From an uncultured Pseudomonadota bacterium (GTDB lineage Bacteria > UBA10199 > JADFYH01), in NCBI GenBank assembly GCA_964556135.1, contig CAZKUY010000001.1, positions 114,750 through 178,749 on the forward strand: DNA of 64,000 nucleotides, given 5' to 3'. Positions 1 through 10,255 of this stretch are shown piece by piece. The translations under genes and the position numbers were made by a program. Under the pieces are notes generated by a model. That model was not told where the DNA came from and searched no databases. It saw nothing but the letters and a program-made list of their open reading frames with translations. Positions within the stretch are counted from its first letter, which is position 1, and each line of letters begins with the position of its first letter.

Positions 1-513
1 CAAGCTATGAATGCGGGTTTGTTCCATTCTCTTGATTCCACTACGGAAGGTTCGCATTTGGTGAGTTGGGCAAAACAATTGGGTGTGAGCCCCCAAGTGC
101 TCCACAGCTTGCTGCCTGCTTTGCTTCATTTTCAAGAGCTGGGTTTATCGAGCAAGTCTTTCCTCCAGGGACTCATGCTTTTCTACGGTATTTTTACAGG
201 AGCTTCGCAAAACAGTGTTTCTAACCTGACTTGGGTTTTGTTGAAAGGCATGATGATTCTAGAAACCCAAACGCAGCTCAATCAGGTGCATTCGCCTTTA
301 TTAGACGAATTGGGCGCCTTGCTTTCGACTTCGCGCCGCAGGCTTCGCAGAAGAACTAAAAAACGAACTTCCGGCCTAGATAAAGTGGCTCGAAAAGATT
401 CTTGCTTGGCCGATATGGACGCTCAAGAAACTGCACAAGATGACGAAGCTTTGATTGATCTCTGGCCTAAAAAAGAATCTAATAATCCCTCCATGTCATT
501 TTTTTACATGTAA
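1..513 (+). CDS. hypothetical protein, 5' end outside window
   Basis: Frame 1 is open from base 1, stop at 511-513. Basic RRRLRRRTKKR patch followed by an acidic tail. No family recognised. Confidence 0.4.
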   Translation, partial: QAMNAGLFHSLDSTTEGSHLVSWAKQLGVSPQVLHSLLPALLHFQELGLSSKSFLQGLMLFYGIFTGASQNSVSNLTWVLLKGMMILETQTQLNQVHSPLLDELGALLSTSRRRLRRRTKKRTSGLDKVARKDSCLADMDAQETAQDDEALIDLWPKKESNNPSMSFFYM

Positions 514-538
514 ATTCACAAGCCATAAAGGAGATCTT

Positions 539-1063
539 ATGTGGGAAAGTTTCTTAGCTTCGGATCCTTGGGTGCGTTTTCCGATTTATGCTTTGTTTGG
601 TTGGCTGTGCGAAGTCGTTTACACCGCGCTTTGTGATTTAGTGAATCCCTCCTTTTTGGCGTCTTGGAACGTGCATTCAAAAGGTCCTTTGACTTCCGTC
701 AGGCCTGAATGGGTCGTGAAGGGAAGAGATTCTCGCTTGGTGGGATACACCTTCCTCTGGATGTTTCCAATTTATGGCTGCATGGTATTCTTTGAACCGA
801 TGGTTTTGATCATGAAAGATTGGCCTTGGTTTTTGCGCGGCATTGTTTACATGTTGCTGGTCTGGATTGCAGAATATGTGAGTGGCTGGATTATTAAGAA
901 AATAACCGGACGCTGTCCTTGGGATTATTCTGCATCCCGTTTTTCATTTCATGGTTACATTCGTTGGGACTTTGCGCCAGTATGGTTTGGCTTTGGATTT
1001 TTGTTCGAATATGTGTATCCCCGATTATTGGCTCTCACGCCCCACATCAAAGAAATTTTTTAA
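539..1063 (+). CDS. polytopic membrane protein, putative ABC-transporter type IV (DUF1113/PF06541-like)
   Basis: ATG at 539 lies 7 nt after AAGGAG. FPIYALFGWLCEVVY and CPWDYS...WFGFGFLF resemble the PF06541 pattern as I recall it. Several hydrophobic helices. Confidence 0.6.
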   Translation: MWESFLASDPWVRFPIYALFGWLCEVVYTALCDLVNPSFLASWNVHSKGPLTSVRPEWVVKGRDSRLVGYTFLWMFPIYGCMVFFEPMVLIMKDWPWFLRGIVYMLLVWIAEYVSGWIIKKITGRCPWDYSASRFSFHGYIRWDFAPVWFGFGFLFEYVYPRLLALTPHIKEIF

Positions 1064-1079
1064 TTGTTAAGGAGTAATT

Positions 1080-1838
1080 ATGGATTACGGAATTCAAGGA
1101 AAAGTGGCCCTCGTTTCAGGCGCCGCCAGTAACGGTTTAGGACGTGCGGATGCTGTCGCATTAGCGAAAGAAGGCGTGAACGTCGCCGTAATCGATGTGC
1201 AGAATTGTGAAGAAACGGTTTCCATTTTAAAAGCCGAGGGTGTGAAAGCTTTAGGTTTGAACTGCGACATTAGTAATGAAACACAAGTGAAAGAGGTCAT
1301 TGAAAAAATTTCTAAAGAATTGGGAGTGATTGAAATCCTCGTGAATAATGCGTCGATTCTCACTACGGTGGGCATGTTTGCAGACATTGATCCCAAAAAA
1401 TTCCAACGCGATGTTGATGTAAATTTGATTGGAACCGCGAATGTTACCCGCGCCGTATGGCCGGGAATGCTTGCGAACAAATGGGGAAGAGTGATTTCAA
1501 TGGCATCGATTGCAGGTACCCGGGGCGGCGCAGGGCAAGCGAGTTACTCCGCAACCAAAGCCTCAATGATCGGTTTTGGAAAAACTTTAGCTTTAGAAGG
1601 TGGACGCTTCGGAATTACCTCGAATATCATTGCACCCGGCGTGATGAAGTCTGAAGCAGCGACCACTTTAATTCGCGCTGATATGCGAGAGCGAATGGAA
1701 AAAAAGACCGCTGTCCGTAGATTAGGCGAAGTTACTGAAATTTCAAGTTTGGTAGCTTATCTATGCTCTCAACAAGCCGCTTATCTCACGGGGCAAGTGA
1801 TTGAAGTGGATGGCGGCATGGGGCTTTTCACTTTTTAA
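1080..1838 (+). CDS. SDR family oxidoreductase (FabG-like)
   Basis: N-terminal VSGAASNGLG Rossmann motif, NNAS, and YSATKA catalytic Y-x3-K. RBS AAGGAG upstream. Confidence 0.85.
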   Translation: MDYGIQGKVALVSGAASNGLGRADAVALAKEGVNVAVIDVQNCEETVSILKAEGVKALGLNCDISNETQVKEVIEKISKELGVIEILVNNASILTTVGMFADIDPKKFQRDVDVNLIGTANVTRAVWPGMLANKWGRVISMASIAGTRGGAGQASYSATKASMIGFGKTLALEGGRFGITSNIIAPGVMKSEAATTLIRADMRERMEKKTAVRRLGEVTEISSLVAYLCSQQAAYLTGQVIEVDGGMGLFTF

Positions 1839-1840
1839 AA

Positions 1841-1880
1841 AATAAAAAAGCCTCCTTCGAATTCAAAGGAGGCTTTCTCA
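1841..1880. terminator. bidirectional rho-independent terminator
   Basis: Hairpin GCCTCCTT-N8-AAGGAGGC (1850-1873) flanked by an A-run upstream and TTTCTC downstream, between convergent genes. Confidence 0.6.
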
Positions 1881-1901
1881 GAACTTAGTATTTACAAAAA
1901 A

Positions 1902-2573
1902 TTATTCAGTTCTGAAACTAAAGGAGGGAGGTTGCATTTCGCATTCTCCATCCACATTAGGTCCTACCTTGCCATCGCCATCTACCACTAAAACAGCGGT
2001 GAGCGCCCCATTGACGACTAATGCAGAACCCAAATTGATTCCATGTTCGGCATCTCCCGCACCGGTAGGAGGTTCAAATGGGTTGCTGCTGTCCCCGCCA
2101 CCTGCACTGGTAGCTCCTGTGCTTACATAAAGCCAAACCGGAACGCTATCTCCTTCACTTGCACTACACTCAAACGTTTCTCCCGTTTCGGCATTGGTTA
2201 CTGGAGCTCCCTGACCTCGGTCGGCGCAGACATCTAAGTCGTATGGAGTACCTGCAATGCAATTTCCTTCCGTTTCTTCTGGAGTGAAATTGATAATGTC
2301 CGACATTTTAAAAATGATGCAGGGGTAAGTGCCATTTTCGATACTGCCTTCACCAAAAGTGGGATCGGTGAGCACATTTTGTTCAGAAAATCCCAATGGA
2401 AACAGTGCTGAATCGGTCTCTGCATTAAAGACGGTGATTGGATTTGAACAGTCTTCACTGTCAGAAACATACATTTTATAAATACTGATGTTAAGCTCAG
2501 TGGGATTCACAGCTGCATAAGCGCTAGGCATCCCAACAGCTAGAAGTAAAAATGAAAGGAATAATCTTTTCAT
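1902..2573 (-). CDS. secreted hypothetical protein (Sec signal peptide, 6 Cys)
   Basis: MKRLFLSFLLLAVGMPSAYA-AV signal peptide. Gly/Asp/Thr-rich, beta-type composition. No family recognised. Confidence 0.6.
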   Translation of the reverse strand: MKRLFLSFLLLAVGMPSAYAAVNPTELNISIYKMYVSDSEDCSNPITVFNAETDSALFPLGFSEQNVLTDPTFGEGSIENGTYPCIIFKMSDIINFTPEETEGNCIAGTPYDLDVCADRGQGAPVTNAETGETFECSASEGDSVPVWLYVSTGATSAGGGDSSNPFEPPTGAGDAEHGINLGSALVVNGALTAVLVVDGDGKVGPNVDGECEMQPPSFSFRTE

Positions 2574-2716
2574 GATCCAGCTCCTTTCAATGTGAGTGTA
2601 TTTTCGTTTCCTCCATCGCTGCTAGTATCTGCATTCCCGCAAGCGACTGCACCACTGCCCAAAATTAACAGGGCGAGCAGTAAGTATGCTTTCCATTTTT
2701 GTACGATGAGACGCAT
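2570..2716 (-). CDS. small lipoprotein (48 aa), not in ORF track
   Basis: My translation is MRLIVQKWKAYLLLALLILGSGAVACGNADTSSDGGNENTLTLKGAGS. Lipobox is AVA-C. Its TGA overlaps the ATG of the downstream 223-aa gene (ATGA). Confidence 0.5.
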   Translation of the reverse strand: MRLIVQKWKAYLLLALLILGSGAVACGNADTSSDGGNENTLTLKGAGS

Positions 2717-2847
2717 GCCTCCTCCTTTTTTTCTTTTAAAAGTAATTTTGAATGATTTGATTTTAAAGAACTAGAATGAGTAAAGGAATCGCTAAAATGG
2801 ATGGTGTGTAAGAGATGTTAAGGTCAGTGAAGCTTTGATGAGACCTG

Positions 2848-3489
2848 TTAATAACTTTTCCAGTTCAGAAAGTTACGGCTTTGATAAATTTTTTCAATGG
2901 ATGCAAGAGATGTATAACCTATTCTACTGAGTTCTTGCGCAATCCAACGTAAGGGTAGTCCTACTGCAGCCAAGTAATCACCGCTTAAACTTTTAATTAA
3001 AAATCGACCCTGACCTTGGAGAGCGTAAGCACCCGCTTTGTCTAAGGGCTGATCGAGAGTGATATAAGTTTCAATTTCCGATTCACAATAATGATTCATT
3101 TGTACTTGAATCAATTCGACGGAACTTTGAACTTCATGAGTTTGGGTATTGAGAATGCAAATTCCAGTGAGAATGTCGTGAGATTTTCCATTCAGTTTGT
3201 TTAAAATTTCTTTGGCATGCGTGAGATTTTTAGGTTTACCAATTTTTTCACCTTCGAATTCAAGCAAGGTGTCGCTGCCGATGATCATGGAATGAGGATG
3301 TGAATGGGCGAGCGATCGAGCTTTCTCGACCGAAAAATGCAAAGCTTCATCATAAGCGCTCAAATCTGCTAAACTTTCTTCTTCATAAAGAGGTGGAAAA
3401 ATCTCAAACGGAATTCCCAAAAGTTTTAGAATTTCTGCTCGACGCGGAGAAGTGGAGGCTAAAATTATTTTAGGCGGCTTGGGCGACAT
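2848..3489 (-). CDS. maf: Maf-like nucleoside triphosphate pyrophosphatase
   Basis: ILASTSPRRAEILKLLGIPFEI, GSDT and AGAYALQG motifs typical of the Maf family. Confidence 0.85.
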   Translation of the reverse strand: MSPKPPKIILASTSPRRAEILKLLGIPFEIFPPLYEEESLADLSAYDEALHFSVEKARSLAHSHPHSMIIGSDTLLEFEGEKIGKPKNLTHAKEILNKLNGKSHDILTGICILNTQTHEVQSSVELIQVQMNHYCESEIETYITLDQPLDKAGAYALQGQGRFLIKSLSGDYLAAVGLPLRWIAQELSRIGYTSLASIEKIYQSRNFLNWKSY

Positions 3490-4483
3490 AATCTTTCAGT
3501 ATCTGCTCCAATTCTGGATAAGTGCTCACCCGCACGAGTTTTGCGCGGAGTTCCGCAGCCCCATTAAAGCCCTTCATATACCAACCACAATGTTTGCGGA
3601 TTTGGATGAATTGCTGGGGAGATTTATTTTCCCACAAAAGTTTTGCGTGGTCGAGCAAAGCTTCGATTCTTTCTTGTTTGGAAATGCTTATTTCACCTGG
3701 AGCAATTGTAGGGATCGCTCGATGATTTTCTTTTCCTTTAAATAGCCAAGGATTTCCATAACTCGCTCGACCCAGAAGTACGCCGTTCACAGCATATCGC
3801 TCAACACGTTGTCTCGCGTCTGTCAGGTCTTTTACATCTCCATTTCCCAAAATACTAATTCCAGAACCTTTGGCAAGTTCTGCAGCTTGGCCAATGGCAT
3901 CCCAATCCGCTTGACCCGCATAGCCCTGTTTCAAAGTGCGACCATGGAGAGAAATGTTAGAAAGCTCGCGGCATTCGAGAAGTTGGCCCACCCAATCTTT
4001 GATTAAGGCCTTGTCATAACCTAATCGAGTTTTGACAGAGAGCGGTAGGCGCTTTCCTGTTTCCTGAAAAATTTCATCGAGAGTTTCACCACAAGCCTTG
4101 ATGATGCTTTTGGCATGGGGACAAGCTTGAATGAGCGCGGCACCACCGCCGCTATGCACCACGGACTTTGCTGGGCATCCCATGTTGATATCCACCCCGT
4201 CAAAACCTAATTCTGCAACGATGCGAACACAGGTTTTAAAAGCCTCCGGTTCATAACCATAAATTTGGGCAATCATGGGGCGTTCGTGTGGCAAATATTT
4301 TAAATCATTGAAAAGGGCAGGGATGCGGCGCGATAAGCCTTCAACGCTCACAAACTCAGTGAACATTACGTCAGGCGGCGCTTGGCGGTAGACCACAGTG
4401 CGGAAAATATGGTCCGTCACGCCGTCCATCGGAGCCAGGCCAAAAATAGGTTGAGGCAATTTTTGCCATGAAAACTCACTCAT
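3470..4483 (-). CDS. tRNA-dihydrouridine synthase
   Basis: LAPMDGVTDHIFR, DINMGCP and HGRT motifs of the Dus family. Overlaps maf by 20 nt. Confidence 0.85.
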   Translation of the reverse strand: MSEFSWQKLPQPIFGLAPMDGVTDHIFRTVVYRQAPPDVMFTEFVSVEGLSRRIPALFNDLKYLPHERPMIAQIYGYEPEAFKTCVRIVAELGFDGVDINMGCPAKSVVHSGGGAALIQACPHAKSIIKACGETLDEIFQETGKRLPLSVKTRLGYDKALIKDWVGQLLECRELSNISLHGRTLKQGYAGQADWDAIGQAAELAKGSGISILGNGDVKDLTDARQRVERYAVNGVLLGRASYGNPWLFKGKENHRAIPTIAPGEISISKQERIEALLDHAKLLWENKSPQQFIQIRKHCGWYMKGFNGAAELRAKLVRVSTYPELEQILKDYVAQAA

Positions 4484-4492
4484 GAACGCCCA

Positions 4493-5899
4493 CTACTCAG
4501 ATTGGGCGCCCTGTACAAGAGCCTTTTTAGCGGGATAAATCGCGACAGTCTTGATGTTGACGAATTCATGAATGCCGAAATGCGAAAGCTCTCGGCCGTA
4601 ACCGGACTCTTTAATGCCTCCAAAAGGCAGTCTAGGATCGGATCGAACCTGGGCATTCACAAAACAGGTGCCGGATTCAATTTCATGGGTGGCAATTTCA
4701 GCGCCTCGCTCTAGATCTTGAGTGCAAATCGTCGCGCCCAAGCCGAACACAGAATCATTGGCGACGAAGATAGCCTCCGCTTCATCTTTCACGGGAATGA
4801 TCGATGCGACAGGACCGAATAATTCTTCTTCGTAAGCGGGCATGCCTTTTTTGACATCCGTCAAAACAGTGGGAGGATAAAAAGCGCCTGTTTGTGCTGG
4901 AACTATCCCTCCGCAAAGGAGCTTCGCTCCTTTAGAGATGCTTTGTTGCACTTGTTGATGAAGTTGATCCCTTAAATCGACGCGGGCCATGGGTCCCACT
5001 TCGGTTTTTTCTTGAAAAGGATCTCCCATTTTCAAGGCCTTCATTTTTTCTACCATTTTTTCTTCAAAAGATTTTTTAAGGCTTTCCACGATAATGAAGC
5101 GCTTGGCGGCAATGCAGCTTTGACCGCTATTGACCATTCGAGCTTGCACCGCGAGATCAACGGCCTGATCTAAGTTTGCATCTGCTAGAACGATGAAGGG
5201 ATCGGAGCCTCCTAATTCCAAAACACTTTTCTTAAGGGCAGCTCCAGCTTGAGCAGCCACCGCCTGGCCTGCTCGTGTGCTGCCGGTGAGTGTCACTGCT
5301 TTAACTCGAGAGTCTGCAATGATGCCTGCCACGTGTTTAGAATCTAAGACTAAGGTTCTGAAAAGATGTTCCGGAAAACCTGCGAGAAGAAAAACTTGCT
5401 CAATGGCCAGAGCGCAACCCGTTACGTTGGCGGCGTGTTTTAAAATACCTGCATTTCCTGCCATTAAGGCGGGCGCTGCAAAACGAAAGACCTGCCAGAA
5501 GGGGAAATTCCAAGGCATGACCGCAAGTACAATCCCAATAGGTTCAAAAGCAGCATAGCTTTTAAGAGCTTCAGTCGGGATCATTTCTGCTTGAAGAAAT
5601 TTTTCTGCATTTTGAGCGTAAAACTCACAGCCAAGTGCTGATTTTTCAATTTCAGCGCGGCCCTGAGCAATGGGTTTTCCCATTTCCAAAGTCATCAATT
5701 TGGCGAACTCATCTTTTTTGGCGAGCAGGATTTTCTTCGCTTTATTCATGCAAGTCGAACGCTCTTTGAAGCTGGTTTTTCTCCAAGACAAAAAAGCTTC
5801 GTGGGTCTTTTGCAGAATTTGATTTAATTCTTCAGGAGTGTTTTCTTCGTAGGAACTAATTTTTTCACCCGTTGCTGGATTAATCGATTCGAGTTTCAT
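4493..5899 (-). CDS. NAD(P)-dependent aldehyde dehydrogenase (succinate-semialdehyde dehydrogenase-like)
   Basis: ELGG and NSGQSCIAAKR (catalytic Cys) motifs. Length 468 aa. Confidence 0.85.
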   Translation of the reverse strand: MKLESINPATGEKISSYEENTPEELNQILQKTHEAFLSWRKTSFKERSTCMNKAKKILLAKKDEFAKLMTLEMGKPIAQGRAEIEKSALGCEFYAQNAEKFLQAEMIPTEALKSYAAFEPIGIVLAVMPWNFPFWQVFRFAAPALMAGNAGILKHAANVTGCALAIEQVFLLAGFPEHLFRTLVLDSKHVAGIIADSRVKAVTLTGSTRAGQAVAAQAGAALKKSVLELGGSDPFIVLADANLDQAVDLAVQARMVNSGQSCIAAKRFIIVESLKKSFEEKMVEKMKALKMGDPFQEKTEVGPMARVDLRDQLHQQVQQSISKGAKLLCGGIVPAQTGAFYPPTVLTDVKKGMPAYEEELFGPVASIIPVKDEAEAIFVANDSVFGLGATICTQDLERGAEIATHEIESGTCFVNAQVRSDPRLPFGGIKESGYGRELSHFGIHEFVNIKTVAIYPAKKALVQGAQSE

Positions 5900-5910
5900 T
5901 TTAAATCTCC

Positions 5911-7542
5911 CTAGATGGCACAGACCAATTCACCTAATTGTTCCGTGAGCCGCAAGTTTTCTTGATAATCGACCGGACAATCAATGAGCACGACAGTTTG
6001 ATCTTGGATGGCTTGTTTTAATATCGGCAGCAATTCGCTCGCTGCATTCACGCGGTAACCTTTGGCCCCGAAACTTTTTGCATAAGTGACAAAATCTGGG
6101 TTTTTAAAATCGACGTGGCTGGGTCGACCAAATTTATTATTTTGTTTCCATTTGATGAGACCATAAGTTTCATCGGTCCAAATCAAAATGACGAGAGGCG
6201 TTTGGATTCGCATGGCTGTTTCAATTTCTTGGGAATTCATCATGAACCCTGCATCTCCCGTCAATGCAACTACGGTTTGTTGAGGATAGAGATGTTTGGC
6301 TGCAATGGCGCCTGGCACAGCAATACCCATGGAGGCGAATCCATTGGAGATGATGCAAGTATTTGGCTTTTCGGCTAAATAATGTCGCGCTGTCCAAATT
6401 TTATGAGCCCCCACATCGCAAATGACGATGTCTTCGGCTTTCAATGCCTGCCTCAAATCCGAAAGAATTCGTTGAGGCTTTAAAGGGAAACTTTCGTCAT
6501 GATTTTTTTCTTGGATGACTTGAACGATTTGTCTACGTAAATTTTCAAACCAATTGGGACATTGGCTCTGAACTTGTTTACTAAGCGCGACTAAACTTTC
6601 GGTAATATTCGCAACGACACCCGCTTCTAAAACATAGTGTGCATCGACTTCTGCAGGGGTCGTGTCGATATGAATAATCTTTCGATCTTTGTTCGGATGC
6701 CAAAACGCGGGCGGATATTCTACGATATCGTATCCGATGCAGACAATAACATCCGCAGAATCAAAGCCACAATTCACATAATCATGAGATTGAAGCCCAA
6801 CCACTCCTAAACTCAAAGAGTTTGATAGAGGCATTACACCTTTCGCCATGAAAGTGTTGGCAACGGGAATATGCCAAGCTTGGGCGAATGATTTTAACTC
6901 TTCACTGGCTCGTGCTCGAATGATGCCGTTACCGGCTAAGATCAAAGGTCGCTTAGCTTTGGATAGGATGCTCGCGATCTGTGCAATCTTCTTATCCGGA
7001 GGATCGGGAAGAGCGGGCTTTTGCGCTTTCAGAGGTTCACCAATGGCTTCCATGCCTGCAATATTTTCAGGCAGTTCAATGAAACAAGCGCCCGGCTTTT
7101 CGGTCTCTGCCACCTTAAAAGCTTTGCGAACCACTTCCGATAAAGTTTCTGGCTCACGAATCGAAGCAGAATATTTGGTGATCGGTTGAAAGAGATTAAT
7201 TAAATCTAAAACTTGATGACTTTCTTTATGAAGACGTGTGGTTGAAGCTTGACCGGCAATGGCGACTAAAGGCGCTCGATCAAGCTGAGCATCTGCAACG
7301 CCGGTGATGAGATTGGTCGCGCCCGGTCCTAATGTGGATAAGCAAACTCCTGCATCGCCGGTCAATCGACCTTGCACGTCTGCCATGAAAGCAGCACCTT
7401 GTTCATGGCGCGTCATGATGAAACGGATAGAGCTTTCAAGAAGGGCATCTAGAAAATCTAAATTCTCTTCGCCGGGTAAACCATAAATGGTGCGGACTCC
7501 CTCATTTTCTAAACATTTCACCATGAGTTCGGCGGATTTCAT
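5911..7542 (-). CDS. thiamine-diphosphate-dependent enzyme, acetolactate-synthase-like
   Basis: N-terminal GLPGEENLDFLDAL...TRHEQGAAFMA. C-terminal GDAGFMMNSQE TPP-binding motif. Confidence 0.8.
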   Translation of the reverse strand: MKSAELMVKCLENEGVRTIYGLPGEENLDFLDALLESSIRFIMTRHEQGAAFMADVQGRLTGDAGVCLSTLGPGATNLITGVADAQLDRAPLVAIAGQASTTRLHKESHQVLDLINLFQPITKYSASIREPETLSEVVRKAFKVAETEKPGACFIELPENIAGMEAIGEPLKAQKPALPDPPDKKIAQIASILSKAKRPLILAGNGIIRARASEELKSFAQAWHIPVANTFMAKGVMPLSNSLSLGVVGLQSHDYVNCGFDSADVIVCIGYDIVEYPPAFWHPNKDRKIIHIDTTPAEVDAHYVLEAGVVANITESLVALSKQVQSQCPNWFENLRRQIVQVIQEKNHDESFPLKPQRILSDLRQALKAEDIVICDVGAHKIWTARHYLAEKPNTCIISNGFASMGIAVPGAIAAKHLYPQQTVVALTGDAGFMMNSQEIETAMRIQTPLVILIWTDETYGLIKWKQNNKFGRPSHVDFKNPDFVTYAKSFGAKGYRVNAASELLPILKQAIQDQTVVLIDCPVDYQENLRLTEQLGELVCAI

Positions 7543-7560
7543 AAAGAGCCCTTTCGGAAC

Positions 7561-9159
7561 TTACTTAAAGTTTGAAGTGAGTATATCCTTCATCAGATTT
7601 TTTTTCGTGATGGCAGAGGCTGTTAGAACGCCAGCCATGAGGGCACCACCGATTCCATCCGAGACAATATCCTGACCGGTGAGGAAAAAGTTTTGCAAAG
7701 GAGTGTGGGGTCGCAACCAAGTCGCATTGAATCGCTCCGGCGTATGATCCAATCCATAAATTTCCCCCTGATCGTAATTGCAAAAATGTTGAGTCGAAAG
7801 TGGAGAGGAAATTTCAAAATGCTCAATTTTACCTTTTACCTGAGGGAGGTATTTGTAGAGATTTTCAAAGAGAGGTTCTGCCAATTTATTTTTAAAGGCG
7901 ATGTAGTCTTCGCCGCGCTTATTCCAAGGAGTGTCCTTCCATTTTGAAAACCATTCGTAAGGAGCGACGCCAATGATTTCAATGGTCGATTTTCCAGGGA
8001 AACGCTTTTCCCAATCTGGATCCTTCGACGAAGGAAATGAAATGTAGGTGACTGCAGGTGGAGCTTTCTCCGGGTTTGCAAAATAAGCCCGAAGATTTTC
8101 ATCGTGATCATAGCCAGGATAAATCCAATAGTTATTCTTGGGTAAATTTAAAGTCGCGCCAGACTCTTTGATGCCGATGTAAATACAAAGATGAGCGGTA
8201 GAGGCTTTTACCTTTTTTAAGTGATTATAATATCCTGTTTTTTCAATGTTTTCTTTGGGGATAATTTTAGTCACCGTATTGAGAAATCCTGCATCGCTGA
8301 TCACTTGTTTGGCTTCGATTTCTTCGCCGTTCGCCATTTTTACGCCGTAAGTTTTGTTTCCTTTAACCAAAATTTCTTTCACTTCTGCCCGCACTAAAAC
8401 ATCTCCACCCTTGCTTTGGATGATGGGCAAAATGTCTTCGGCTATTTTCCCAGAGCCACCGATAGGATAGGCCGCTCCGCCCAGATAATGTTTCACGACC
8501 ATGGCATGAATAGCAAAGCTACTTTGCGCGGGAGGCAGTCCATAATCTCCATATTGAGCCGTGAGAACACCGATCAACTTTTTGTTTTGAGTGAGCGAGG
8601 AAACCACTTCTAAAGTAGTTTTTTGGGCAAGTTTCAAAAATTTCGAACTTAAAAAAGGCGAGGCAATTTTTGAAACGAAAGGGGGTAAAGCTTTGGCGCC
8701 GAAATATCCTTTTGCTGATGAGGCTAAACTGTAAACGAGTTCTAAATATTGATCGATGGCTTTGTGCTCTTCGGGAAAATAACTACAGAGTTTGTCGCGA
8801 AAATTTCGTGTGCCCGCAACGAATTCATACTCTGCATCGGGGAATACAATACGATCGTAGACCGAAGGCATTTCTGCCCATTTCAATTTTTCATTGGTGA
8901 TGCAGTCAAAGACTTTGCGTAGCATGGAGTCTTTTCGTTGCACTTCGCCAATGTAATGAACTCCGACATCCCATTCATAGCCTTTGCGATAAAAGGTGTG
9001 GGTGAAGCCGCCCGCGACATAGTGTCGCTCTAAAACGAGCACTTTCTTGCCTAGTTTTGAAAGGAGGGCAGCACAAGCCAAGCCTCCAATGCCAGAGCCA
9101 ATTACGATGGAGTCATAGGGAGGATTTAAATATTCAGTTTTAAAGGGATGATAATGCAT
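7561..9159 (-). CDS. FAD-dependent oxidoreductase, phytoene desaturase/retinol saturase (CrtI/RetSat) family
   Basis: IVIGSGIGGLACAALLSKLGKKVLVLERHYVAGG dinucleotide-binding motif. Length 532 aa. Confidence 0.75.
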   Translation of the reverse strand: MHYHPFKTEYLNPPYDSIVIGSGIGGLACAALLSKLGKKVLVLERHYVAGGFTHTFYRKGYEWDVGVHYIGEVQRKDSMLRKVFDCITNEKLKWAEMPSVYDRIVFPDAEYEFVAGTRNFRDKLCSYFPEEHKAIDQYLELVYSLASSAKGYFGAKALPPFVSKIASPFLSSKFLKLAQKTTLEVVSSLTQNKKLIGVLTAQYGDYGLPPAQSSFAIHAMVVKHYLGGAAYPIGGSGKIAEDILPIIQSKGGDVLVRAEVKEILVKGNKTYGVKMANGEEIEAKQVISDAGFLNTVTKIIPKENIEKTGYYNHLKKVKASTAHLCIYIGIKESGATLNLPKNNYWIYPGYDHDENLRAYFANPEKAPPAVTYISFPSSKDPDWEKRFPGKSTIEIIGVAPYEWFSKWKDTPWNKRGEDYIAFKNKLAEPLFENLYKYLPQVKGKIEHFEISSPLSTQHFCNYDQGEIYGLDHTPERFNATWLRPHTPLQNFFLTGQDIVSDGIGGALMAGVLTASAITKKNLMKDILTSNFK

Positions 9160-9230
9160 GGTTTCTTATTAAGAGATGTAGACGCATGCTTCAAGAAATC
9201 TTTATCTAATGTTCTAAAAATACGATCATT

Positions 9231-10151
9231 TTAAGGAGAAGGCATTGTTTGAGGAGTTGGGCTGAGGGCATTTGGATCATAGGAAAAATAAGTTTGAATG
9301 GTGCTTTGAATGGTTGGAAAACGATCTCCATAAAAACTTTCATAAGAACCATAAGCTTGTTTTTTGAGAGAAGGACTTTGTGATTGCACAAACTTAAAGT
9401 ATTCGCCTTTGCAGCCTTCCATGAGGAAGGCAGACATGAGTTGATCGGCAATTTCATACTTAGCTTGAGCATCCGTGAGAGGAGCTCGTTCAGCACGAGC
9501 TGCTTCGTCATTGCTTAAGTCTTTGGCATATTCATTGAAAATATCTGTTGCCGTTGCATATTTGTCAGCGATTTCGATGAAGCTTTTTCGACACAATTCG
9601 CCTCTCGGACTATCAATGCGAGGGATTTCGTCCATCACTTTTCTCGCATGAGAGAAATGCTCCCAAGCTTTCGCATAATTTTCAGCGACAGGTTGATAAC
9701 GTTTAGATTCAGTAGCTGCAGATGCAGATGCAGATGCTTCGTTGGCGAGCCTCAGCATACCCGCCGCACGGAAATAATATCGACCTTGATTCAACTCAGC
9801 AATTTCTTTTCCAAGAGTATTGAAAAATTCGGCTTTTAAATTGAGACTCATGGCTGCGGGAGGTGGATTGATGGGGGGCACTTTTCTGAATTGCTGGATG
9901 ATGAGGAAAATAACAATTCCCAATGCCAAAGCAATAACCCAAATCATAATACGGTTCTTTGTTTTAGGGATTGTGTTCTGACCTTCTGATGGATCGTCAT
10001 TGTCGCCGGGACGGGCTGATTTTCTAGATTCATCAGAAGCATGTGTTTTTCGAGTGGATGATTCATTGGCTTCTTCAGCGATTGCTTTACCGCAGTGCTC
10101 ACAAAAATTAGCATGATCATCGATGGATTTTTTACAGTGGGGACATTGCAC
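9231..10151 (-). CDS. zinc-ribbon membrane protein, hypothetical
   Basis: N-terminal CPHC-x11-CEHC zinc ribbon, one TM (IMIWVIALALGIVIFLII), helical C-terminal domain. Confidence 0.55.
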   Translation of the reverse strand: MQCPHCKKSIDDHANFCEHCGKAIAEEANESSTRKTHASDESRKSARPGDNDDPSEGQNTIPKTKNRIMIWVIALALGIVIFLIIQQFRKVPPINPPPAAMSLNLKAEFFNTLGKEIAELNQGRYYFRAAGMLRLANEASASASAATESKRYQPVAENYAKAWEHFSHARKVMDEIPRIDSPRGELCRKSFIEIADKYATATDIFNEYAKDLSNDEAARAERAPLTDAQAKYEIADQLMSAFLMEGCKGEYFKFVQSQSPSLKKQAYGSYESFYGDRFPTIQSTIQTYFSYDPNALSPTPQTMPSP

Positions 10152-10255
10152 AGAAACCTCTTCAGAATTAAAGTTTATCTAATCTGTAGCCAGTATGCCT
10201 GTATCAGCGCACCTTCAACAATCAGGGGAAAGAGGATTTTAGACTAGGGGGATCT

